Assembly: GCA_051294905.1 (NCBI GenBank)
Contig: CM119371.1
Location: 1,426,001 to 1,490,000, forward strand
Direction of reading: 5' to 3'
DNA: 64,000 nt
Source: Botryllus schlosseri
Lineage: Eukaryota
Made by a program: the position numbers and the translations under genes. Within the stretch, counting starts at the first letter, position 1, and each line of letters starts with the position of its first letter. The notes under the pieces were generated by a model. It was not told the DNA's origin, searched no databases, and worked only from the letters and a program-made list of their open reading frames with translations. This document shows, piece after piece, positions 21,797 through 33,140 of this stretch.

Positions 21797-24700
21797 CACG
21801 TGCTGTGTCAGTTGTCGTTGTTTTCTACTTTTGAATACATACATCTTTATTACAATATGTAACGAAGTTTTCGGTGTTAATTTGCTCTGAATACTCATTA
21901 ATGATAAGTCCTATCACCTCATCATTTACTGCGAAGCCATTTTACTCCAGCGCCCCCCCCCCGTACCGCCCCCTGAGCCCAGCGCCCCCCATATCGCCCC
22001 CTGAGCGCTTCCGCCCCCCTTCAAAGTCGCCAGCGCCCCCTGGGGGGGGGGGGGGCGCTGGGGGCAAGGTTAAGAACCACTGGTTTAGACAAATTGTGAC
22101 ATTGCTAAGATATAAGTACGTTGTACTACTCTATTGTTACGAAATAAAACTGATGCGTAAGCGGAATACTGGTAATATATCTACTAAGCGCAGTGCAATA
22201 TTGGGTGAAAGTGCAGCGAGCACCGTAGGGTCCGTCCCGGATCTTAAGCAAAATCTACCGTATCATAAACGGAAAATCATCAATGGGCACACTGCTTTTT
22301 ACCGGTTGGAAATTATAATAACCTGTTAGCTTCTGAGGTAGAAATGGGAAATAAAGGTGTTAATACTACCCCTGTGATTCTATAAAATCGAACGAGTGAA
22401 TTTATATAAATTGTTACAAATTAGTGATGTGAATACTTATAAATACCGATATATAATATGTAAATATGTTTGCAGGCGAACTACAATGTGACACAATTAG
22501 GAAAAGGATTGATAAACGAGTCGGTATAGAAGCGGGAAAAACCGTAGCATTACAGTTATTATAACCAAACGATCATCGCCTGGGGACCCGTAATTCTAGG
22601 ATTTGGGTGCGCTGATGAATGCATAGCAACTATGGCTAACTGGCGCTATCTAAAATTCGGACCGTTGTGTATGTTTTGAGATATCACGGATTATTATCAA
22701 AATCTACGGACTGTAACGATGCAACGCAAAAGGTTTATATGAATCTTTTTATTTGTTGAAACCCAAATTGAAATTAAATTGAGGTTGATGACATCATAAA
22801 CTAGAAAATACATCACCAAGTTAAATGCCCGAGTGATGCAATGAGGAAGTTAGCTGAATTTAAATACCGGAAGCTTGGACATATGGCCATATGTTGATCG
22901 TCACACATTAGATATAGGATAATACGTTAGTCGCCGTCATTATTATATTAGCGCGGATCTAAACATAGGACGGTAATTCCAGACCTTTTTGGATTCGAGA
23001 AATAGGATAGTGTTAGGGGATATCAGAAGTCTATAGTCGGAGCTTAAAATGCAAATTTAATGATGACAAATGAACCGTGTTTTGCCAGTAGAAGCATCGT
23101 TGAACGAGATTAGTTGTATTAATTGTAAAGATGTTGTTGAGCAGTGTCAGAATGTCGTAATAAATGGAGATTTGAAACTGAGCATATTTCGGACATGAAT
23201 AAAATATGTCTTTATAGCTCATTATGGATAAGGATCGAGCATCCAGATATCATCAAAAATGATATTTACCAAAAGTGTATAGTTGTAGTCAGCAGTCTTG
23301 ACGCATTGTATTAAAGTTCGAATGTCATTTTGTTAGTGATATCGAAATAACATAATGCTTGTGAACCGAGTTATTAAGCTCTGTTTTATGGTGTCTTTAT
23401 ATGACCCTTTTAAAGCAATATAGTGTCAATTTTTGTCAAGCAATAGTGGCTACTCGTCCTGTATCATTATTCGCAATTTGTAAACAATTACGAATCGTAT
23501 ATTTGCCTATATGGTGAAATATTAATTTTAATATAACTATAGCCTGTAATGAATTGTATTTCGTATTTCTTGACTTACTTATATTGCACTCCAAAGATTA
23601 GATTGGAGATGAGGCACGGTAATTTAAGGGTATGACGTCATTTGATGTTTGAACTGTAAATGCCTGTATGCTTTACTGCATTAATTGAATATCCGTAATA
23701 TGCCAGTATTAGGAACAAGCATGCTTTTAAAAATTAGGACGACATATATCTGTTGGCGATAGCCGTATAGATTATGGATTGGTGTTTATGTATACTATAC
23801 AGCTTTCGTTGAAGTTGCAATTAACTGCCACGGCGGCCCATAAGACGCCTAAGCACACGTGTGTTGTTGCTAAACAACAGAGGTGTGATTACCCACCTTA
23901 TAAGGAAACATTATCTAATGTTATCTGGGAATAATGTCAGTATTGTAACCCAGAAAATAATTACGACAGAGTACATAGGGCCTTAGGCAGATAACTTCTT
24001 GAAGAAGGTCATTAATAAAATAAGGTGATCGTTTTGGTCAACCAACTACCGATAGGTGATTATTGAAAACCACCCTACATACAACCCAAATCTGACACGC
24101 TTGTTATGCGTAACAAAGGTGTCTGAAGCGAATGCGAAGGATTAGCGTATGGAGGCTAATCCCGGCTTATCTGTAATTGTTATGTACAATACATGCAAAT
24201 ATTAAGTTGCATTATAATGATGGCTCCGCCATTTTCGGTGTCTGCGAACTTTTACAGTGAACTGAAAAGGCGTTTCAGTGAATTGGCGATACTGTATGTA
24301 TTATATATTATCCGTCGTATTATTATATCCACACATTGCGTTACCCTAGAAAAACGGTTAATAAAATCAAGCCCAACCCCATAGAAGTTACATGATTACG
24401 TCTATATGTGAAGTCATTATTGCATTTGTTTTTGGGATCAATGTATATTGGAAATTGTGTGATTTTGTGTGGATTATTAAGGATGCGTCATAACTAGTTC
24501 ACGCCCAAAGCGACTAGGACCCCTACACTTGAGTGAGGTTGGACGGTTATAAAACCAAGACGAGTTGCTTGGGAGAACTGTCATAAGATTAGATAAGTAA
24601 CACCCTAGTATACTCGAGATTATACAAATACACAAAAACCTTGATCAGCCTTAAACGATAATGTGAAGATGTAATAAGCCCTTCGACGGAATATTAATAT

Positions 24701-25102
24701 GCTTTGGCCTGGGGTTAATTATGAATACATGAAATAGACGTGGAATTGCTACTGAAATATGGTCTTGATCGCATATGTGTTGAATTGCACGATTTTAGAA
24801 GACTTTAGTAACAGTTGGATGGATTTTATGAATGTGTTGTTCGGGTTGTTGCTATGGTAACATCGCTATTTGAGTGTGACGTCTAAGATTGGAGTATTTG
24901 GTTCTATTAAGGTACCAAGATCAAGTACGTACCAATATGCTATCTAAGACTGGACCCCAAGGTCATTGAAAGTTCAAGACACTTCGAAGGCTGCACTTCC
25001 AGCAACAGTGATTTACCAAATTGAATTACAAGCAAAAGAACCAGGCAAAACAATATCTTCCTACTAACAAGATTGAAGGCAAGATATTTCTACTAACACA
25101 TA

Positions 25103-25123
25103 TGGAGGCACCCGACGGAATTG
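25103..25123 (+). promoter_or_regulatory. Canonical tRNA primer-binding site
   Basis: Reverse complement CAATT-CCGTC-GGGTGCC-T-CCA fits T-loop, T-stem, acceptor strand, U73 and CCA. Confidence 0.75.
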
Positions 25124-25327
25124 TAATTCAAGGCGCCTGGTAATCATTGTTGCTTCTGGAAGATTCGTCTTCAGACGAGACTGTTATTTTGGCTACGAAA
25201 ACGTAAAGAGGACACTCGCACCCTTCGCAAAAACACCCAACTGATGAAGACCACTCAACAACGACAGCTAACGACTCGGGCTAATGAAGGTCAGGTGACA
25301 GCAAGTGTCTAGCATCAAGCAAAATTC

Positions 25328-26146
25328 GTGAAAAAGGTGGCGTCTATTCTACACAAGACGGCAAAACTGTTCAAAAAAGCCAAAAGAGACGTGAAACAAG
25401 CGAAAACTTATTTGACTACCGTCCGGAAAGTGTGTACCAAAAATACTGCCGATTCGCTTGAACCAGTCTTAAGGAGCCAAGCAAAATCTGGAGTGGCCAG
25501 AAGTGAAATTACATGCCGAGTTTCAAATCTGTCAGAAATGCAGACGCGGACAAAAGTCGAACCAGCGGTACCTCTTCGAGCGTACGGGTTCCTTCAGTCG
25601 TCGCCCGGAGTCACAGAAGATATGCAGTTGGAATCTGGAAATCGCCCGACACCACGGTCAATGACAGAAAGAGTATCGCTCAATGCGAACGCAGATCATT
25701 ATATTGCACAGGAGACTTTCGTATCGCCCCTCGACCAAGAGAAGGTACCGCAGGTATTATTACCTTCTCAGCGTCCAAAATTGATCGATAAACAACAATA
25801 TACAGTCCAAAGTATACGGCACATAGGTATAAATGTCGTCTCTCCACTTGAGAAAATACCCAATGTTGCATGGCACGATCTCATATCTTGCCACGCAGAC
25901 GAGCAAGCGCAATTGATTGATTCTTCAATAGAGATCTGTGATGCGGATCTGAATCATGTAAATGCATATGCGCAACTGATTACTGCGGAAGAAGCAATAT
26001 TGATATCACCCAGTAATAGGCTGCTTATTTGGTTCATGATAGCTGTTTTCCGATATATGTTACATGTCGATACAGTTGCCGATAGTATTTTAGAAAATGT
26101 CGTAGGCCTACATTGTACACTGCTGATGCCCATGAAGTCGATATAA
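25328..26146 (+). pseudogene. Gag-like ORF remnant (272 aa)
   Basis: Long ORF just downstream of the PBS; assigned by position, with no diagnostic motif recognised. Confidence 0.45.
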
Positions 26147-26470
26147 AGACGCATCAACAATTATTATCTTCAATTCTATTTAGTTTGTCCGGATAACTTG
26201 ATTAGATAGAGGAAATAAATTTCACGCTGGTCAATGTAGTCAGCGTTGATACTCAAGTAGAAGTAGAGACAACGTTGTATATGCCTGCATGTATAAAAAA
26301 ATCTATTTTGAGTAGTACTCTGGAATAGTAGACTAAGCCTGATTGAACAGCTATGATTTGACTAAGCTATTAAGTGGAGAATACATGAATTTACTCGATG
26401 GAAATACAAAAGTGAAGTTTTGGCAGATAATTATCCGATCGTAGAGGCAATTAGCTTTATACGCGGGTAA

Positions 26471-27491
26471 TTGGCTACATCGACAATATTAGGTATATGT
26501 GGATCGTCACAGGTCGAGTCATTGATATATATAGAAATTGATGGGGTTTCAATTCCTTTTGCGCGTGGTAATGTCCCGTTAAATATTATTGGATATCATT
26601 GGATAAACAAGGTTATACCGCTGCCTTCAATTGATACGGTGTTAAAGAGCCCGTCGATTGCAAGTCACGAGCTGGCTCAGTCCGAAATAGGTGTTCCGTG
26701 TTCATTGTCGACACATGCCGTAATAGAATATGATGGTGAAGGGCGGGAAATAAAAACTTGTGCCAAACAAGGAAATAACGTGAAAAACAGCAATCGTGAA
26801 GCTGTTTCGAATGTTAGGTCGTTAGAAATTGGAAAGTCGCACCCGTGCCAATATAATATCGACAGCGCCGTTAGGGTTTGCGCTGAAAATAGTGGTGAAG
26901 TGCAGGCACGGAATTTGGTCACATTGGGTGTAAAATGTGAGTGCGACGGGTCGAAAAGTTTTAGGACGCAAGATCTTTTCGATCTAATAGGCCCCGAAGT
27001 GGATGTTGACGTAGGCGTACCGAAACATCAAAAATCTCATAGTGGAGATTTATTTGCCTCGTTTTTAACGACAAATAAAAGGCCAAAATATTTCCCGCGA
27101 AAGGTATTCGATGGTCCAATAACGGAATATGTGTTGCAAAATGAATCGGATATAGAGGTTACATTGGAATTGGAAGAACTTCGTAAGCAATCCGTATTGC
27201 TGTCAAAAGCGCCTTTCCAACCGCCCGACCTTAATGACAACGCTAATTGCTATTATAGCAGAGAAAATATGGAGAGTGGTGTATGAGCCGTTTGCCACAG
27301 AATTGGAAGATCTTGTCGGGCATTTGCGGGGGAAACAAGCCATGAAGTATCCATATAAAATAGAACTAAAAGATGAATCGATCCCTCCATTCGTGTGTTC
27401 ACCTTATAATTTGAGAGGGATAGAACAACTGAATGCAGCGATGAAGCCAATAACCCGAGTTTCACAGTTAAAAAAATGCGTAGTGTATTAG
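26471..27491 (+). pseudogene. Protease and pre-RT linker remnant of a Gypsy-like pol
   Basis: IYIEIDGVSIPF...NIIG resembles a retropepsin lacking DTG; QDLFDLIG resembles LLGRDLF; KYPYKIELKDESIPPFVCSPYNL matches the Gypsy pre-RT pattern; truncated before RT. Confidence 0.5.
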
Positions 27492-28350
27492 GGAATTATA
27501 TAAAACAACCTACCCTTTTAAAAAAGTTGGGGGAGAGTGATGGCCGTCTAGGTATGGTCATGCGATAGGACAAACGTCTGAATAGGATTGTTATAAACGT
27601 AATGACATTGCATACAAAATGACGTAACTCGCAAATGTTCTATACACCCAGACGGAAGGGTGAATTAATATGAATGGATCGTCGATATACTTATTGCACT
27701 AGGAAACGTGAAGACAAAACTGGAAATCGACCGATGGCCTTATATTTGAAATCGCAATAAGCAACGCTCGAATTGGGATTATATAGTCAATTCCCGATCC
27801 ATAAGTGATTTTGGGCTAGGAGTCAATCACAGTGTATTATTGAAATTGATGGAATAAAGTGATATATTGTATGGTTATATAGTACCGTACATCCATGTAT
27901 ATAGTATATAGCGATTAACGCAAAATAGAGTTTCTGAGCGCCCTATTATTGTATATAATGGTAAATATGAATTGACTATCTGAGTAGCATAATGCCGCAA
28001 CCTGTTAGTGTATAATTTAGATCTGCAAAGCGAAAATTGGCGCAATTCTGATGCCCTGGAGATTAATCTAAAATGAGGGAAGCTCTTGTGAAAAAATATC
28101 CATATGCTCGGTGATTAACAGTCGGAAATATGAATCATATGAAGCTGTGATCATGCATGAGATCACGCGATCATTTGCATCACGCTGTCGTCATAGGCTA
28201 TAGTGCGCCCCCATGACACCAGATAGATCGGTGAAAATTACACTTACACCTATGGACTAGGCCCTCTTTTTCCTTTAAAAAGTACGAGTTACGGTTTTCC
28301 ATGCACAAGCGCCCAATATTGTCTGCAGAGTCAACGATAGTTGCCAAGAA

Positions 28351-28450
28351 CAGTGCTCTTCAACCGAGTGCGTACACCCAATAGTGTACCTACCATATAT
28401 TTTAAAGGGTGTATCATGTGCCACTCTGATGGGTTGTACCAGATATCGCA
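28351..28450. mobile_element. Left-end fragment of the CAGTGCTCTTCAACC hAT family
   Basis: Matches 40561-40660. Confidence 0.65.
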
Positions 28451-30149
28451 TTTCATTCGGCCGATGACTAGCTATCAATCACAACAATGAATTTGCTACA
28501 GGCTGATATTTCAGAAGGGGTCGACTGGATGTAGAATACGGTATAATGCTCCCAAGTGTACGCACTACGCAGCTTGTAAATTACATACTATTAGGCATGT
28601 CATTAATGGCTCCACTTGTTTGTAGTATTTGTGGTGTTTTCCGACTGCAATGTCATTTACACCAGGCCGATATTCCGTACTTTGATTCTGTAGATATGCC
28701 GATTTGTAGCACGGCCTACTAATTTAATTACTGAATTTTTCTCACGCTTTTCGAAATTCGTTCTCTACGAAATAAATTCAGGCTATTCAGTACTCCGTTT
28801 GCTGTAAAAGTTAATAACACAGTAACGAATTGAAGGAAAAATTCCGTTCAAAGAGCATATCTTTATCCCAGCTTGACCAGCCATGCAAAAGAAACGAAGA
28901 GCAAGCAAAGATAGCGCATTTCCGACGCCCATTTAGAAAATGTTCTGGTTCTTGCATCATCTGACTTGGTACCAGATGTTAAAAAAAACTTTCAAAAAGC
29001 AAGCAGCATCAAGTTTCGCAATAATGCTGTGTTGTTGAAGTGTGAATATACATTTGCTCTTTTTGTGATTGGTATGGTTGAGATTGAGCAATATAGCGTA
29101 ATACACTGAAGTGAGTATGAATTGTAGTATGAGAAGTCCGGCCCGCCTATGAGTTGTGCATTTGATATTTGGCCCGCGACCAGCAAAAGGTTGCCGACCC
29201 CTGCTTTATAACTATGATTGGGCACCGTATGGAACCTTATGGCGAAAACAGGATCACGTGATCTCGAAACAGCGGTAAATTATGACTTCTTTAGGGTTAC
29301 GAAGTCCCATGCCGAAGTGCCCATTTAGAAATGTCTCCTACTAAACTGTCGCTTGTAATTATACGACATGTTGAAGTGTCGGGCAATCTGCACCTGAATG
29401 AAAAGCAGTTACATACTCCCATTGTTCATGTGAAATACGCAGGTGGGTTGTGGATATAATCGAGCCTAATTTATGCATCAACATACTGATACCACAGAAG
29501 CCATAACCTCATGACTTCTAGGCCCGAAAAAAAATTCTTAACATATTTTGCAATTCATTGAAAAGGTGCTTTCAGCACACCATTCTCCTAAATAAGCACA
29601 CCGTATTGAACTAAAGAGCATTATACTCACTTTTAATCCCGGAAGGTGTTTCTCCTTCAACAATTTTAATATTGTAGACGATCTTGTTTGCATTGATTTG
29701 ATCTCTGGCCACGACGTTAACAGTGCTCTTTGTGAACTTCAGATTGACATTTTCTCCTTCGGCCAAAGTTGCGGATCCTAAGAAAAACACATGATTATTT
29801 TTCTGCGTGCCAGGTTCCATACATAGCCTTATTAGAAAACATTATGAATTCTTTTATTTTCTTCGGTATCATTCGGAATATTATTTGCGCAACGAACAAA
29901 ATGTACGGTATTTGAATACCTTGTCAAATGTTTTAGATGGATAATATAATCATGTATTTTAAGTAGTCTGAGCTCAAATACAACAGAGATTGGGCTACTC
30001 ACCGCTTATTCCGGGTGATATTGATGTAGGCTTGACATCAGCGACATCAGAATTGTTATATTTACCCCCTTCTGCCATGGTCTTGATAACGCGGTACTAA
30101 TTAGCTAGCTTATATGACAATACTGAAAATATATAAGAACATTCTATGT

Positions 30150-30482
30150 TAGGGGTACCACACTTCCTCTTTTAATAGGATTTGTCCTCTTTTTTTACTT
30201 TTTGGAAAGTGTCCTCGGAGCATATGCCCCCATGGACTCTTTTTTTAGAATTTTGTTTCAATATATGCCAAAATTTGACTGAGATAGAGTAAATCAGTAT
30301 TGAAGTAACGAACGTTCCGGCGGCTATTTCGAGAGGTGAGCCGGAAAGTTGGCCTTATTTTAGTCAACCGAACACGAATTGACAAAAAATTACCATTTTT
30401 ACAGGATTTCATCCGGTATTGCAAGTCTGAAAATGTTGAAAATGTGTCCTCTTTTCATATTTCCAAAAATATGGTAACCCTA
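30150..30482. mobile_element. hAT MITE, TAGGGTTRCCA-type family
   Basis: TAGGGGTACCACAC...ATATGGTAACCCTA; GTCCTCTTTT subrepeats; TSD TTCTATGT/TTCTATAT. Confidence 0.8.
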
Positions 30483-30489
30483 TTCTATA

Positions 30490-31520
30490 TTTCTTTTCTG
30501 AACAACAGGCTAATATTATCAATACTGAGCACAGCGGGCTATGGAAGACCTGATGGATATATTGGGGCAATTGTCACCTGTCAACAGTCACATGCTGCTT
30601 ATGTCGAATAGATATTGTGTTATGACTAGGACAAGTTTTAGCAACTTTTGCAACTTTTTTACAGCTTATTAAATACTCAGAAGTTATTTAGTATGGTGTT
30701 TTAAGCTGTTTGGGGGATTCTTATGTTACAAGTTTTTGCAACTTTTCTCAATATTTTTCGTGCAACTTTTAGCATTTTTTTCGATTTTTCATGCAAATAA
30801 CTTTTTACTGCAAATAGTTGACACTATGTAAATAGATCACTCGATTATTTCACTGGCGTTTAAATTTGAGGTCCTTTCTGATTTGACGTATATATTTAGG
30901 CTAGACCGCCGAAAATTATATTTTCACTGGGTCAATTTTTTCGGGCTATTGATTTTGTTGAACTCGCCTACACTGAATTTTGCTACAGTGCCTTGCATAC
31001 GGACTGATTCGAGTATCTCATACCCACATAATTTCAAGGAACTTGTTCATAAATACAACTTTTCAGTGCAAATTTTGTGAAAATAAATGCAACTTTCCTC
31101 GGATTTGACTGCAACAAAAACGTGCCCTAGTGATGACGATCCGACTGCGGGAAATTATTTCCCAGTTCAACAACGAATTCATATAAATAATCATGTAACT
31201 GCTACATTTTCAGAGTCTGCGATTTTAAAACTTCTCTTCGTAGTTTACGGAGTGGAAGATACGATAAGTGAATTGCAGGTCGTAACGCGACAGTGGTCGT
31301 ATATAATTATATTGGAATAATAATTTTTAATATTATCACCTTTCTTCATATGTGTGTGTTGCACAACTTCGTTGCTTACGAGTAGATGTCGACCGGGCTT
31401 GGTCAGAAACCATGAGTCATGAATCGCAATTTGAGATGTGAACAAAGAAAGTGAACGATTTTCTGAGATTTTCTGACAAATCTAGAACAGGCTCATCGTC
31501 ATGGTGGTGGCAAGATTGTC
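30490..31520 (+). pseudogene. Possible decayed 7TM (rhodopsin-like GPCR) fragments
   Basis: HMLLMSNRYCVM (about 30585-30625) resembles TM3 with DRY; VVVYNYIGIIIFNIITFLHMCV (about 31290-31360) is TM5-like; frames are broken by stops. Confidence 0.25.
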
Positions 31521-31573
31521 ACAATAGGGAAGAGCACGATAAAAAAATCCAGAAAAGACTAAAATTTCTATAC

Positions 31574-32420
31574 CAGGGGTCACCAACACGCAGCCCGCGG
31601 GCCGCATGCGGCCCACGAGGTCATATTTTGCGGCCCGCGACTTGATTTGAGATTTTGGAAGAAAGCTAAGAAAACAATTTGCGAATGCTGAAATTGACCT
31701 GCAATGGCCGAAATACTGCCAAGACCGAGACGCCTAGAAAATGGCTTAGGGCATTGGTTCTGAAACTGTGGGGCGTGTCGCCTGTGGGGGCGTGAAAGCA
31801 TTTGAAGTGGTGCGGAGCTGCAGTCAACTGAGAAAATGTTCGCGCCTCGCGCGATTTACCTCAAGTTCATAGTTATAGTTATTGCTCTGTGTATAGTCCC
31901 GAATTCATATTATGGAATTCTGTCATCAACATTCATAACCATCCATGCCAATAAACTATCCGTTCGAATTGCTAGCTCTGTGGATGCATTTTGTGATGTG
32001 AAAATGAGGGGGGACGAAAATTTTCACTATCATAAAGCGAGACATGTCTAAAAAGGTTTCAGAACCACTGGCTTAGGGCTTCTGCACAAGATCAAGCTTT
32101 ACGTGGAGATGGTTTTTCATCTAGCAGCGTATATCGCTAGCCCCAAAAAGCGTTTCAAGGTATCGTGCACATCTCAGAGTTCAAAATAAAATGAAATTGA
32201 TGACGGTGGTCTTCTGTTGTATTTTTATTCCTTTAATAAAATATTACTTCTTTTGTGATCCCCATGCCCATCGACTATGTTAGGTAACACAGCGTTGTAC
32301 TGACACAGAGTTTTAAAACGCGGTTTTCTATACTATATATCGATATTGAATTCATGCGGCCCGCGGCCGCTACGAAATTTGAAAAGTGGCCCGCGACCCG
32401 TTTTGAGTTGGCGACCCCTG
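31574..32420. mobile_element. Buster-type MITE with a nested MITE at 31752-32070
   Basis: Outer CAGGGGTCACCAAC...GTTGGCGACCCCTG with TSD TTCTATAC; inner CATTGGTTCTGAAAC...GTTTCAGAACCACTG with TSD GCTTAGGG; both TSDs perfect. Confidence 0.9.
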
Positions 32421-32486
32421 TTCTATACCATACCATAGTTGCATATTTCCATATCCGATACCGATACTTCGTTCCATACCATATAC

Positions 32487-33140
32487 CAGGGGTCACCAAC
32501 CTTTTTGCAACCGAGGGCTACTTTTGCGTAATGATTGAAGCGGCGGGCTACTGTTTACTCCCGCCGTTTACCCGAGTCACACTGAATTTCCGCTTTGATA
32601 TTCATATCACTTGGCAGGACTGGACATCATGTTATCTGTTTCTATAGCAGTCAGTGGGAAGCCTGACATTGTATGATATCAACTAGTGCGCTGTTGGGTA
32701 TACAGATATTGAAAATCTGCTAGTACTTCATGGCTATCTGACTTCGAATAGTATAATACTGTGTACTACTCTGGCATTGTCTCTGTCGTCGAGCTATCAT
32801 AACGGAACCCCCCACCATTTCAAGAAGACTGTGGACGGCATTCCGTCATGTCGCCTTTATAGGCAATGTATTCTGGTGATTCTATCATATAAATCTTATA
32901 TTACTAATTGTAATTGAAGATATTATTTCTAAGTGTTTATATATATAAGTTATATGTTAGTGTGTTTTAAACAAGAAGAGCTGAATAAATATATTTATAG
33001 ATTTAAAAGCTCACTGGTAATAATCTGACGAATATTGGTAAATGCTGCTATTCCACCTATTTTTAGAATGGGCTCGCGGGCTACTCATCTAGTCCTCGCG
33101 GGCTACATGGTGCCCACGGGCACCGGGTTGGTGACCCCTG
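32487..33140. mobile_element. Buster-type MITE
   Basis: CAGGGGTCACCAACC...GGTTGGTGACCCCTG; perfect TSD CCATATAC; GGGCTAC subrepeats. Confidence 0.9.

Larger units (their letters stand above)
19971..21854 (+). mobile_element. Internally deleted LTR retrotransposon (gag, protease and RNase H part; no RT, no integrase)
   Basis: 5' LTR 19971-20132 (TGTGG...TTACA); its last 58 bp are repeated exactly at 21797-21854; 5-bp TSD ATATG at 19966-19970 and 21855-21859. Confidence 0.9.
18645..22082. mobile_element. Non-autonomous Buster-type hAT carrying an LTR element
   Basis: CAGTGGTTCTTAACCT...AGGTTAAGAACCACTG; perfect TSD GTTTAGAC; CAGCGCCCCC subterminal repeats at both ends. Confidence 0.9.
22135..28200 (+). 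mobile_element. Decayed Gypsy-like LTR retrotransposon (long LTR candidate, PBS, gag-like and protease/pre-RT ORFs, PPT)
   Basis: ...CTACTAACA at 25098 followed by PBS TGGAGGCACCCGACGGAATTG; ORFs 25328-26146, 26471-27286 and 27234-27491; PPT-like AAAAAAGTTGGGGGAGAG then TG at 27538. Outer boundaries uncertain. Confidence 0.6.
18499..29203. mobile_element. Buster-type MITE apparently expanded to 10.7 kb by nested insertions
   Basis: Left end CAAGGATCGGCAACCT at 18499, right end AGGTTGCCGACCCCTG at 29203, both flanked by CTTTATAA; no nearer partner end seen for either. Confidence 0.6.

Noticed and set aside
20436-21898. Antisense ORFs over gag/pol (up to 213 aa)
   Set aside because: Expected shadow frames of a GC-richer coding region; no motifs.
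30336-30611. ORF MSRKVGLILVNRTRIDKKLPFLQDFIRYCK, superficially like the ITPK1 N-terminus
   Set aside because: It starts at GTG and lies mostly within the TSD-bounded MITE 30150-30482; no downstream ITPK1 exons were seen.
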